A stretch of 64,000 nucleotides of DNA from Octopus sinensis (taxonomy: Eukaryota): contig NC_043007.1 of assembly GCF_006345805.1 (NCBI RefSeq), forward strand, positions 7,378,001 to 7,442,000. The letters run 5' to 3'. Below are positions 26,896-40,376 of the stretch, piece by piece. A model generated the notes under the pieces. It had not been told where the DNA came from. It saw only the letters and a list, made by a program, of their open reading frames with translations, and did no database searches. The translations under genes and the position numbers were made by a program. Position 1 is the stretch's first letter, and every line of letters starts with the position of its first letter.

Positions 26896-27569
26896 TTAAA
26901 CTTATATATATATTTATATATATATATTATATGTTTTGGTTATTTTTTGCAATTTACTAAATCATCGGTATATTATAGATATGTGCGTGTTGTGCGAACG
27001 CGCGCATGTGTGTATGTATGTATGTATGTATGTTAAATGTGTTTCCAAATATATTCGTGTGTATGTGTGTAAGCCTGAGTGGCCGTGCCATACATCTTTA
27101 TCTCCAGTTCCAGCGGACACTTTTCATATTAGTGTGTCTCTATTATTGTTCTTTTTTTTTTTTTGAAAGCTGTGTCAGAAGAGAGACAATTTGATTTATT
27201 TTCGCCTGCATACGGTTAGCTATCAATTAACGGATTTCGAATTGTCTAGAGTCTAGTTCGGATAAATTAAGACAAAGAACAACAAAAATATGAAAAATGA
27301 TGAAGGAAAATAATGTTTCATTATATTTCAATATATATTCATCGCTAAAGGCTGTTTTATACTCGTATTTTCGTTTTTATTTAACGATTTACTACTTTTT
27401 TGTTTCATATATTGTTGCTACACAGAAATAGTTCTTTTGCAAGTAACTTATTATTGTTAACTATGAATAACTGATGTTAAACAGACAATAAAAGACAATG
27501 AGAAATGCATAATTCACACCGAGTCTCACGAAATAATTTGAAATATATACACACACATACACACAATAC

Positions 27570-28290
<721 letters not shown>

Positions 28291-28631
28291 TATGTATGTG
28301 TATAATGGGCTATATACCCTTATTTATTTCCGTCTTACAGCTGTTTCAGATATGCGTTTTGGTAGGTTCATGGTTGAATCTAATCAATTCAAAGATTATT
28401 TGGCTGAAAATAGAGGGAACCACCATAGGTATGTATGTATTATGTATATATATATATACATATATATATACATATATATATATATATTATGTAATTGAAT
28501 GCTTATGTTTATATTATGTATGTGTATATGTTTGTACATATATATGTATGTATATATGGGATGTGCGTATGGTTGCATATATTTATATTATATATGAATG
28601 CGCTTACGCGTGTGCATGTATGTGTGTGTCA

Positions 28632-28663
<32 letters not shown>

Positions 28664-28812
28664 AAATATTTGTATATTTTGCCTTCGTTTATTACTTTTC
28701 TCTCTTTCTCTCTTGTCACATGAAATTTACGTAATGTTGTTGATACGAAAATAACAGGAAATATAATGATATTGATGCTGATAATGATAGTGTTGAGGAG
28801 GAAGGTGACGAC

Positions 28813-28855
<43 letters not shown>

Positions 28856-30179
28856 TCTACGTTATCTAAACAAAATATTTCCTTACGCAACAATAATACG
28901 TAATACGTAAGATATAAAATAACTATTAATTGCCCCTCCTGGGACATTTACAGCATCGAATATATTTTGTTTTGGCTTGGGATTTCGAGTAGTTATTGAG
29001 ATTTATTGAGCTATATAATGTAAACGGGTGATTTTGGAAGAGTCTTCTGGGTACCATGGACAATATCAGGGATTATGGCTTCCATGCAATAATTATAATT
29101 TAACTTTTTATTAAATTGTTTGTTGTTTATTCAAAATGATGGAAGGAATCTTGTGGTAACCAGTTCTTTCTCTCCTCTCCTACCTATACGATGTAAGCGC
29201 GACTGAAGAGGTCAACCAACTAACCGACTAACCAACCAACCAAGGGCCCGGGTACCTAAAACTTTTAGCAGATGCAAAATCAAAATTTGTACCCCCTACA
29301 TACTTTGCCAGGTTTAGAAAACAGTGTCTAAATATTGATCTGTAAAAAGTTGCTTGAAGTTAGGTCCCTTCTTAAAACAAGAACAAAGGACAAAAATGAA
29401 TAAATAAAAAGACCAAAATGTTAACTGGTGGAGCTGGTCATTAAATTCCCAAGGGAATTCTCTAGAAGGATATATTACTGAACTCAGGCATCGTCAACAT
29501 CAACATTTAAAGAAGACATAGATGGCATCAACAACAACAACAGCAGCATGACCAGCAGTATGGTCACTCTTCAAAACTAGCACAATTGATGACCTATTAA
29601 ACTCCTTCACTGTCCAGCTATCCACATTCTTTGTTTTCGCTGAATACTACAACTGACCCATCTTCATCATTGCCATAATATTCTACTGTTACAACCATGA
29701 CCACTACTACTGTCACTCCTTTCTTCCCACCTCTGTCCGCTTCATTTTGAATCTACGCCTCACAGTTCCATGATAAATCTGCCAACTGTAAATAAAGTAA
29801 AATCTATAATCGCATGATACCCCAAAATATGCCAGTTTTCTCAATGCGAGAGACTCTGCATACGCAGTAACTGCAATGTCACTCGTTTACCTGGGACAAA
29901 AACATGCAATTCGTACAAGCAGCACCAGCCAATGCCAAAACACACATCGTACGCCGCCGCCGCTGTAGCACGCCACCACCCTCCCACACCACTTGGATGG
30001 AATTTTTCAACTTGCTACCATATTGCTTCATCTTGACAGATGAGAGCCGTCCCATCAACACACACACACACACACACACACCATCACACAGCACTCCTTT
30101 GATGAGCCCTATAATGACTTTTAAGATCAGCTGCTGACTGACAGGTTATAAAACACAAGTGATGACAGATATTATTCAA

Positions 30180-30625
30180 GTTTCTTCTCTATCTTTGCCC
30201 TTTGGAATCTGATTCTGAAGGAGTGTTTTCGTGAACCAGCATATGTCTTTTAAGCCCAGATATTGTCTTACAAATGTTTTGACATATGACACAAGTCGTT
30301 AGAGGCGGTTGGTGTCCAAGATCATTACCTGTCTGGGCATTACAATTTTCTTGTGACTTCATATGATTCACGTATCCTGCTTTTGACAACAGAACACGGT
30401 CACATATAATACATACCCAATGTTCACTGTTGATTCCAGTCCCAATTGTTCCTTTGCGACAGACTCTTTTAAGTTCAGACTGCTGAATCCTCTTTTCCTC
30501 CCATGTTTTTCAACCAGTCCTAACAGCACCTCTTCACTTGTTCCGATACAGAACATCAATTTCCCAATCATTTTTGTTCATATCGAGTTTCTTCAGGTTT
30601 TCCATCACTATTGAAAAAACTGGAG
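30180..30625 (-). mobile_element. RTE-clade LINE 3' fragment ending in two C2H2 zinc fingers
   Basis: NLKKLDMNKNDWEIDVLYRNK*RGAVRTG*KTWEEKRIQQSELKR..WVCIICDRVLLSKAGYVNHMKS..TCVICQNICKTISGLKRHMLVH matches the RTE ORF2 C-terminal pattern. Confidence 0.75.
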
Positions 30626-30662
30626 TCAACAAGAATATACCTTAACTGTGTGTGTGTGTGTA

Positions 30663-30714
<52 letters not shown>

Positions 30715-30740
30715 TGTGTGTGTTGTGTGTGTGTGTGTGT

Positions 30741-30949
30741 GTTTGTTTGCTTGTTCTCCCACCATCGCATATCAACCGATGCTGGTGTGTTTACGTTCTC
30801 CGTCACTTAGCAATTCGGCAAAATTGATTGATAGAATATATGTTAGGCTTACAAAGCATAAGTTCTGAGGTCAAATTCTTCGACTAAAACCCTTAAAGCA
30901 ATACTCCATTATAGCCACAGAGAAATGGTTGGAACAAGTAGACGAGTAG
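30741..30949 (+). mobile_element. SINE family A, 3' half
   Basis: caaccgatgctggtgtgtttacg..cacttagcaattcggcaaa..aggcttacaaag. Confidence 0.8.
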
Positions 30950-31074
30950 AATCTACGTAGTAAATATATATAATTAAATCAGACAGCGGTTGAGCAATGA
31001 ATCACGGGAAAAGAAAACTGTAATTGTCATTAAATATGACAGAAGGTGTTAGAAACACCTACAATGCTAGGTGT

Positions 31075-31078
31075 GTTT

Positions 31079-31124
<46 letters not shown>

Positions 31125-31160
31125 CATATATATATGTGTGTGTGTGTGTGTATATATATG

Positions 31161-31194
<34 letters not shown>

Positions 31195-31237
31195 CACATA
31201 TATATATATGTGTGTGTGTATATATATATATATACAC

Positions 31238-31278
<41 letters not shown>

Positions 31279-31318
31279 CATATATATATACACACACATA
31301 TATATATATATATGTATG

Positions 31319-31350
<32 letters not shown>

Positions 31351-31390
31351 CATGTATATATATATATACATATATATATGTATATATATC

Positions 31391-31489
<99 letters not shown>

Positions 31490-31521
31490 GTATATATGTA
31501 TATGTATATAATATATATATG

Positions 31522-31559
<38 letters not shown>

Positions 31560-31561
31560 TG

Positions 31562-31599
<38 letters not shown>

Positions 31600-31626
31600 T
31601 ACATATATATATATATATAGATATAT

Positions 31627-31700
<74 letters not shown>

Positions 31701-31715
31701 CATACATACATGCAT
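31075..31715. repeat. TA/TG low-complexity tract of about 640 bp
   Basis: Direct reading; source of six overlapping YI-repeat ORFs. Confidence 0.95.
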
Positions 31716-32871
31716 ATGTCGAGTTTCTGTGCAACCTTTTATGGTTATTAATCAATATGTCACACATCCCACTTCTGTTCCCACTCAGTGCTACCCCCAC
31801 ACAGTATTCAATATTTAGTGCCAGACTTTCTCTCTTTTCTATCTATTTTTCTCTGTTCTTCTCCTCTCCCCTCTTGTGGGCAAAACCTTCCCCATCTATT
31901 TCTATCTGCCTCTCTACCTACCTGCTGCCTTTCTCTCTTTACTACCTTCTGTTTCTTCCTCGGTCCATCTCTGTCAACTACCTACTGTCTATCTTTATTC
32001 CCTTTTTTCTCTGCACTCCCTCTTTCTTCCTACTTGCTCTCCCCCATCCCTCTCTACTCCACTCTGTCTCTCTTTCTTCACTTGTTCGTACCAAAAGACC
32101 ATCCAATTTTTTATCACTCATCTTTTTTCTACTTGACCAATGCACTGGTAAGATGTATTTTTTTCATCTGCCTTCATTCACATCGTGTGTAGGACAAAAG
32201 CCCCAGGGATAAAAGCCCCTCGGACAAGTGCCCCATAATTAAAGTGTGAAAGAGGACAAAAGTTCTAATGGTCTATTTTTTTTGTTTTTTCACCTTTTAC
32301 TTGTTTCAGTCATTAGACTGAGGCCATGCTGGGGCACTACCTTGAAGAATTTTTTAAACCATGAACTTCATTTGGTTCCATTCCATGAGAGTGTTTTGCT
32401 CAGCCTATGAACATTTCAGCCGACTCTCACAATAATGAAATTATTGTTATACCTGCATTTGCTTTAATGTTAATATTGAAAAAGTCCACAGTTTTCATTA
32501 AAAATTTGGGACCTGGGTTTGCACCCTCTAAACAATTTTTTTTGTTGGGCCACTGCAACCAACAAGCCAACGTTTATGAGAACTGTTATTATAGAGAGAT
32601 AGCCATAAATCATCGACATAGAGGATATGGCTTCTAGTTTATCGAAGCATCTATTACCAAACGCTGGGTTCAAAGAGCAGATTTCTTAATATGATTAGAG
32701 CTAGAGTGAAGGCTAAAAGACATAAACATGTCTCCAAGAAGGTACCATTTTTACGGGAATAGAACTGGTTGCCTTAGCTTTAGAGCGCTATTACATTGTT
32801 TCGTATTTTTTTTTGACATGATATGGTTAACGAATCATGTTTGACTTGGAGGAGCAATATATGTTTCCTTG

Positions 32872-33200
32872 TACTGGGTTGGCAACTTAGTTTCTGCCAT
32901 TTTAAAAAAAAAATTCTGGAATTTATTGCGTTTTTAAATTTTAAATATTTTTTCGAGAATTTATTTTTGAATCATTTTTGAATTTATATTTTTTTAGTTA
33001 ATTTTACTTAATTTTTGTTTATTTTCAGATCATTAAAATGTAATGTCAAGTTAAGTAAAAGGAGCATTTTCGACACCTTCGTTTTGCTTTTAATCAAGGT
33101 TCTAAGGCCTCAAAAGCTGCTCGCGACTTTTGTGCTGTATATGGAGAGGGTACCATAGCTGAAAGAACCGCTAGTGATTGGTATACCAAGTTCAAAAATG
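32872..33200 (+). mobile_element. Mariner 5' fragment
   Basis: TIR-like tactgggttggcaacttag, then EHFRHL..FAFNQGSKASKAARDFCAVYGEGTIAERTASDWYTKFKN (paired-type HTH). Confidence 0.85.
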
Positions 33201-33419
33201 TTCTGGCGGCGGTGGATCATAAAAGCGTCGACAAAATGCCTTGCAACATGTCATTCGGCACTTTCCGTTCTGAATTCAAATCTCTCCGCAGTTACCTTTG
33301 GTCTTCAGCTTCTTAGGGTTCATGAAAAGAGTACCTCTCAAAAACAGGGATCGATGGTAACGACGAATCACCCTCCCTTCGATATCGCTGCCATTATGCC
33401 TAAGTCAGAAAACATCATA

Positions 33420-33806
33420 AGGCAGTGAGATGACAGAATCATCCGAAAAATGCTTTGCAGTACATCATCCAGCACTTTACATTCTGAGTTCAAATCCCAT
33501 CGAGATTAACAGTGCCTTTCATTCTTTAAGGGATCGATAAAATCAAGTCCCAATGTAGTACTTGGGGGTTGATGTATCGACTAAAATTACTGGCCATGTG
33601 ATTAAATCAGAAACAAGTAGAAATTTGTTTTTTCTACGCTTGGCACAAGGCCCGAAATTTTGGGGGCGGAGGCCAGTCGATTAGATGTACCCAAGTATGC
33701 AACTGGTACTTAATTTATTGACCCCGAAAGGATGAAAGGTAAATTCGACCTTGGCCAAATTTGAAATCGGAACGTAAAGACTGCTAAGCATTTCGCTCGC
33801 CGCCTT
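33420..33806. mobile_element. Two SINE family B copies in convergent orientation (33420-33620 plus, 33634-33806 minus)
   Basis: ttctgagttcaaatccc body on plus; ccccgaaaggatgaaaggtaaattcgacc on the second copy. Confidence 0.75.
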
Positions 33807-34286
33807 AGAAATAACAATAGGTAATAGTGTTGATGTTGTTGGTGTTGTAGTTTTGTGTCGGAGGTTGGGCCCAGACATTAGTGAAGCGCATTAAGTTCAT
33901 TACAGTTTTTCATTTGATGTATCACTGTTCTAGGACCCTTTCCTTACAGTTCTCTGGTTTACCTTTCAAGTGGCCCCAGGGATCGACACATGTAATACAT
34001 TTCTTTGTTTCGGTCGATTAAAGTCTTATTCTTATAATAGATTCCTGGAAAACCAATCAATAACTGAAAACATCTCTATTTGTCGGTCGGGTGCCGTTAT
34101 CGTATTATTTTGGTTTGCTCTCATCAATTTACAATTTATTTTTAAGTCTTCGTTCTTAAACACGCAAATCTTTGTTATATTTCTTTTCTTCAACCTCACT
34201 TTATTTATTTATTTAACTCATTTTTATTCATTTCTAATTCGGGATATGTGGGGCCATTAATTTTACATGTACGTCATCAGACTTTC

Positions 34287-34327
<41 letters not shown>

Positions 34328-34358
34328 TATATTATTATTATTATTATTATCATTATTA

Positions 34359-34399
<41 letters not shown>

Positions 34400-34415
34400 T
34401 ATTATTATTATTATT

Positions 34416-35151
34416 CTATGTTTGACTTTTAGCTTTATGTCTGTACAAGTTGGCTCCAAGTCTCACCCAGAGACCTCAAGAGACAACAGGTTGGAAGTTC
34501 TGTGCCATATATTTGGGTTTTTTTTTTTTTGGTGTTGTACTAGTGAATGTCTAATACATAAAAAAAAATTTTTTTTTAATAAATAAAAAAAATAAATAAA
34601 TAAATTTTTTAAAAGTTTGTTTTAAACCTTGGGATTACATAGAGAGTATTCCCATGAGCACTATCTTTTGAATTTCTGCCATTTTGGGGTTTCCTGGTAT
34701 CTGAGTTAGGTAGCAATTAGTCCTTTTCGCTATCATTCCCAGGGCACCTATGACAACAGGTATTGTTTTAGTCTTCAGCTTCCACATTTTGCTGATTTCT
34801 ATTTCAAGATCTTTATATTTGCTCAGTTTTTGGTAGGTCTTGACAGATACGTTTATATCGATTGGGACAGTCATATCAATGAGGAGGCATGTTCTTTGTC
34901 TGAAGTCTTTCAATATGATGTCTGGCCTATTTGCATCTATCTTCCTGTCAGTTTGAATGGTGAAGTTCCAGAGGAGTGAGATGTGGTCATTTTCAAGCAC
35001 TGGAGGTGGATTGTGTTCCCACCAGTTTTTTTCATGGGGCAAAGCCAGATTTTTGCAAATTACCCAGTGAATATATTCTGCAGCTCTATCATGCCTGTTG
35101 AGGTACTCTGTAGGCGCTAGAAGACTGCATTTGGAGACAACATGATCAATG

Positions 35152-35152
<1 letters not shown>
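34416..35152 (-). mobile_element. R4/Dong-like non-LTR retrotransposon 3' fragment (copy A) with restriction-like endonuclease
   Basis: IDHVVSKCSLLAPTEYLNRHD..WNFTIQTDRKIDANRPDIILKD..LIDMTVP..KLSKYKDL..PVVIGALG (CCHC end, RHD, PD..D motifs); (ATT)n on both flanks. Confidence 0.9.
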
Positions 35153-35215
<63 letters not shown>

Positions 35216-35216
<1 letters not shown>

Positions 35217-35622
35217 GGCGGCGAGCTGGCAGAATCGTTAGCACGCCGGGCGAAATGCGTAGCCGTATTTCGTCCGCCGTTACTTTCTGAGTTCAAATTC
35301 CGCCAAGATCGACTTTGCCTTTCATCCTTTCGGGGTCGATAAATAGAGTACCAGTTACCCACTGGGGTCAATGTAATCGACTTAATCCGTTTGTCTGTCC
35401 TTGCTTGTCCCCTCTATGTTTAGCCCCTTGTGGGCAATAAAGAAATAGGTATTTCGCATGTCGCTACATTCTGAGTTCAAATTCCAACGAGGTCGATTTT
35501 GCCTTTCAATCTTTCGGCGTTGATAAATTAAGTACTTGTGTAACACTGGGATCAATATAATCGACTAGTCTGTCCCCTGCCCAGAATTCTGTGACCTGGT
35601 GCCTTTAGTAGAAAGGATTATT
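35216..35622 (+). mobile_element. SINE family B dimer (full monomer plus 5'-truncated monomer with a different tail)
   Basis: ggcggcgagctggcagaatcgttagcacgccgggcgaaatgc head; body repeats from about 35446. Confidence 0.9.
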
Positions 35623-35627
35623 ATCAT

Positions 35628-36226
35628 TCAGTAGTTTTATTTTTATCACGTGCTTTCATTGCACTACCGAGCGCAGCTCTGTGTGCCTTGGGTATGTGCT
35701 GTGGTTTGTTGTGATGCTCTTATTTTTACTGTATTAAAAGTGTTTTATGTAGGATGTATGCGGTGCCTAGAAGTGCTATTTTCTGTATGTTATATACACT
35801 TGTAAGTCCTGGTGTTTTGTTGTGTATTTGTCTGAATAATTCTCATACCTAATGCACCTACTAAAATAGGAATTGTTTCTGTATTTAGACTCCACATTCG
35901 AGTTACCACTATTTCCAGGTCTTTGTATTTTGAAAGTTTCTCCGTTTCTTTTAGGGAAACATTGTCATCTGTTGGTATTGATACATCGACTAGAAAACGT
36001 TTTTTCTTTATGATCTCTGACAATTATATCCGGCCCATTGACATTAATTTTCTTATCTGTGTGTATTGGCATTCCCAGTGAATGGTTGCTTTCTCATTAT
36101 CTGTGACCTTTTCTGGCGTGTGCCTCTACCATCTTTTTCAGGTGGTATTCCTTAGTGTTGGCACAGCTTCCAGTGTATATAGATCTCGGCTCCGTCGTGT
36201 CTGTGAATACATTCCTTCTTAGCCAA
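35628..36226 (-). mobile_element. R4/Dong-like RLE retrotransposon 3' fragment (copy B, different subfamily)
   Basis: LAKKECIHRHD..FLVDVSIPTDDNVSLKETEKLSKYKDLEI..PILVGALG. Confidence 0.85.
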
Positions 36227-36230
36227 TTAT

Positions 36231-36275
<45 letters not shown>

Positions 36276-36358
36276 TACCACTATTACTACTACTATTATT
36301 ATTATTATCATCATCATCATCATCATCATCATTATTATTAGTAGTAGTAGTAGTATTA

Positions 36359-36397
<39 letters not shown>

Positions 36398-36435
36398 TAT
36401 TATGGTCATCGTTGTCATCATCGTAGTTGTCGCCG

Positions 36436-36466
<31 letters not shown>

Positions 36467-36489
36467 TATTATTATTATTATTACTACTA

Positions 36490-36520
<31 letters not shown>
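36227..36520. repeat. Compound trinucleotide array (TAC/ATT/CAT/GTA)
   Basis: Direct reading. Confidence 0.95.
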
Positions 36521-36523
<3 letters not shown>

Positions 36524-37039
36524 GGTTAACGCCTGAAATATAATATTTTTCGTGAACTATTGCTAATGGCATGAACTACATACTATAAAGTTCTCAATAA
36601 TGCTTTGATGGCACTGACATGAAGAAGAGATCAAACAGATAGTTTTGCCTGGCAGTCAGTGATAAATATTCATGAAACAATTCTTAAACAACGCATCCTG
36701 AAGGTTTAATACTATTACGATATCCTGAAAAGGAAAAAAAAACATACAGAAATACACAAACAGAAAAAAAATCTATTTAATAAATAATTCTCTAAAAAAG
36801 ACAAAAAAAGATCGGTCTCTTGTGTATAATAGTTGGCCAGTTTGTTAAAACAGTGTACGCTTGTATAGTATTTAGTGTAGTTTGTGGTCAGTTCTAAATA
36901 CGCTTTTTAATAACTTATAAGTCGGTAAAGCCTTGCAGGAAAGAAGTGGACTCTTTGCCAATGAGGTTAGCGAAGTTAACAACCTCATCTCCATCATCAT
37001 CATCATCATCATCACCACCACCATCATTACCATTATTAT

Positions 37040-37256
37040 GGCGGCGGCGGTGAGCTGACAGAATCTTTAACGCGCCGGCCGAAATGCTTAGTAGTATTTC
37101 GCTTGTCGCTACCTTCTGCGTTCAAATTTCGCCCAAGTCGACTTTACCTTTCATCCTTCCGGGGCCGATGAAATAAGTATCAGTCACGCACTAGGGTCGA
37201 TGTAATCGACTAACCCCTCCCCCAAATTTGAGGCCTTGTGCTTCCAATAGAAAGAA
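37040..37256 (+). mobile_element. SINE family B ending in an (ATT)n tail
   Basis: ggcggcggtgagctgacagaatc head through ggccttgtgcttccaatagaaag. Confidence 0.9.
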
Positions 37257-37293
37257 TTATTATTATTATTATCATTATTATTATTATTATTAC

Positions 37294-37341
<48 letters not shown>

Positions 37342-37342
37342 T

Positions 37343-37380
<38 letters not shown>

Positions 37381-37407
37381 TATTATTATCATTATTATTA
37401 TTATTAT

Positions 37408-38820
37408 ATTGTCTTTTCACAGCTTCTGACGCTGGAGATGGACCACAGTGTCAGCTGTTCACTACCAGTGAACTAAGGTTACACCCCTTATTTTTCGAGC
37501 ACCTTTCGCAGTATTCGTGCAGTTCTAAGCAGTGCTGTTTTCTGCAAGTGCTCCAAACTTACTGCAGTGCATATTTATTCCATGTACTTCTCGAGATTTT
37601 TACTCACTGTTCCCAGGGCTCTGACAATTATTGGTACCACAACCAACTTCTTCATCGACCACAACTGCTTAACCTCCCAAGCTGACCTGTCATATCTCTC
37701 GACTTTTCTTTCTTCCTTATCACATACCTTGATGTCAGCTGGGCATGCTATATCTATGATCCAGCATACTTTGTTTTCTTTCTCGAGATTATGTCCGGCT
37801 TCCTATTCTCTATCTCATTGTCGCATTGAATCATAAAATCCCATACGATCTTTGCATTTCTATTTTCGACGATGCCTTCAGGTTTATGTTCGTACCACTT
37901 TTTTGCTCTGTCAAGTCCATACTTGTTGCAAAGTGTCCAATGGACAATCTTTGCTATGTTGTCATGTCGTCTCTTATATTCTTTCTGGGCTAATGGCGTA
38001 CAGGGACATGTAATATTCCAAATGGTTTCACCATTTTATCCACAAAGTCTGCACTTATCACTTTCGGATGTGTTGTCTCTGTATTTGATATAATACGTTC
38101 TTAACGCTTGCTCTTGAGCAGCACAGATTAGAGCCTCTGTTTCCTGTTTTAAATCACTTTCAGTTATCCATAGCAATCGTTTTTCACTGTCGTATCTTCA
38201 ACATCCCTATGCTATTGTCCATGTATTCTTTTTATTTATCCACCTATTTTCAATTTCTTTCATTCTCAAGTGCGTGTACAGTGCTTTATCTTTGCAATCT
38301 TCGATCCTACACAAGCCTGACCTTCTTACTTCCAATAATATCGGTCCAGTGGCATTTTCCTACATACTATGCTATGCTGTTTTCTTCTGTATTCATAGCA
38401 TTAGAATGCTATGTTCGCATCCAATCAGTCCTCTTCGCTTTCTTTTTCTTTGATACATAGAGTCTCTCTGTGTTACTTTTCGGGTGGAGTGACCCATATC
38501 TAGTCAGCAGTTCCCTTGCCTTTCTGTCTAAGCTGTTTAGTTCATCTGCTGTCCATGCGATTACCCCTGCTCCATATCTAAGGAGTGAAATCGCCCAGGT
38601 GTTGATAGCCTCAATCTTATTCCGTCAGTTTAATTTCGACTTAAGGATCAGTTTCAGCCTGCGCAAGTACTCCACCTTAAATTTTTCTGTCATTTCTTTC
38701 TCCATTAGTTTATCCATTTCTAATATCCCCAATTATTTACAGCCCGTCTCTTCTATTTGCTTCATAACCTCCCCCGACGGTATTGCTAGCCCGTCCATAC
38801 ATTTAATTTTGTCTGTTTAA
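37408..38820 (-). mobile_element. R4/Dong-like retrotransposon (copy C): RT thumb, CCHC knuckle and RLE, decayed
   Basis: EYLRRLKLILKSKLN..INTWAISLLRYGAG..LHPKS..RLYV..KQETEALICAAQEQALRT..KCRLCG..KEYKRRHDNIA..WDFMIQCD..RKPDII. Confidence 0.9.
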
Positions 38821-38842
38821 TGTCGAGGGGTGGGGGTATATG

Positions 38843-39248
38843 CTCTTTTTACTCTTTTACTTGTTTCAGTCATTTGACTGTGGCCATACTGGAGCACCGG
38901 CATTAGTCGAGCAAATCGACGCCAGAACTTATCCCTTGTAAGCCTAGTACTTATTGCATCGGTCTCTTTTGCCGAGCCGCTAAGTTACAGGGACGTAAAC
39001 ACAACACCATCGGTTGTCAAGCGATGTTGAGAGACAAACATAGACACATAAACATATACACACACATACATATATACATATATACGACGGGCTTCTTTCA
39101 GTTTCCGTCTACCAAATGCACTCACAAAGCTTTGGTCAGCCCGGGGCTATAGTAGAAGTCTCTTGCCCAAGATGCCACGCAGTGGGACTGAACCCGGAAC
39201 CATGTGGCTGGTAAACAAACTACTTACCATACAGCCGCTCCTACGCCT
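38843..39248 (-). mobile_element. SINE family A, full-length
   Basis: Reverse-complement colinear with 15450-15858. Confidence 0.9.
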
Positions 39249-39514
39249 ATTACTTTTGTTTAATGTTTTCGAGATCAATAATGACTGGCCCTTGTCGTTT
39301 GTTTCGCTTATGTGTCTACGCTTGCTTATACCTTACTTAATGTTATTTTGAAACAATAAAATGCGTTCGAGTAAAACTGGAATGTAGACGCAATTAATTA
39401 ATTCATGTATTTACGTGTTTATGATATGTACTTAATGGGATATAGTCCAATACGTGCCTACTAGGATATGGTCCAACACTTTTAATGAGTATTACTCGGG
39501 TGTAGTTCAGCGCT

Positions 39515-39535
39515 TATTATTATCATCACTATCAT

Positions 39536-39571
<36 letters not shown>

Positions 39572-39596
39572 CAGCAGCATCGTCAGCAGCAGCAGC

Positions 39597-39628
<32 letters not shown>

Positions 39629-39685
39629 CAGTAAGTAGTAGTAGTAGTAGTAGTAGTAGGCAGCAGCATCGTCAGCAGCAGCAGC

Positions 39686-39726
<41 letters not shown>

Positions 39727-39772
39727 CAGCAGTAGTAGTAGTAGTAGTAGTAGTAGCAGTTGTTGTTGTTAT
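39515..39772. repeat. (GTA)n/(GCA)n compound array
   Basis: Direct reading. Confidence 0.95.
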
Positions 39773-40376
39773 CACCTTTGCACAGCTTCTGACGCTGGAG
39801 ATGTACTACACGTGTCAGCTGTTCACTACCAGTGAACTAAGGTAACACCCCTTATTTTTCGAGCAACATCCCGAGTATTCGTGCAGTTCCAAATAGTGCT
39901 GTTTTCTGCAAGTGCTCCATACTCATTGCAGCCTGTATTTGTTCCATGTACTTCTCAAGATTTTTGCTCACTATTCCCAGGGTTCTGACAATTATTGGTA
40001 CTACTACTACCTTTTTTATCGACCACAATTGCTTAACCTCCCAAGCTGACCTGTCATATCTCTCGACTTTTCTTTCTTCCTTATCGCATACCTTGTTATC
40101 AGATGGGCATGCTATATCTATGATCCAGCATACTTTGTTTTCTTTCTCGAGATTATACCCGGCTTCCTATCCTCCATCTCATTGTCGCATTGAATCATAA
40201 AATCCCATAAGATCTTTGCATTTCTATTTTCGACGATGCCTTCGGGTTTGTGGTCGTACCAATTTTTTGCTCTGTCAAGTCCATACTTGTTGCAAAGTGT
40301 CCAATGGACAAGCCTGGCGATATTGTCGTGGCGTCTCTTATATTCCTTCTGGGCTTGTGGCGCACATTGGCGGGCA
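39773..40376 (-). mobile_element. R4/Dong-like RLE 3' fragment (copy D, same subfamily as C)
   Basis: CAPQAQKEYKRRHDNIARLVHWTLCNKYGLDRAKNWYDHKPEG; close nucleotide similarity to 37408-37990. Confidence 0.9.

Noticed and set aside
29244-29256. Polylinker-like GGGCCCGGGTACC (ApaI/SmaI/KpnI)
   Set aside because: 13 bp only, with no other vector sequence on either side
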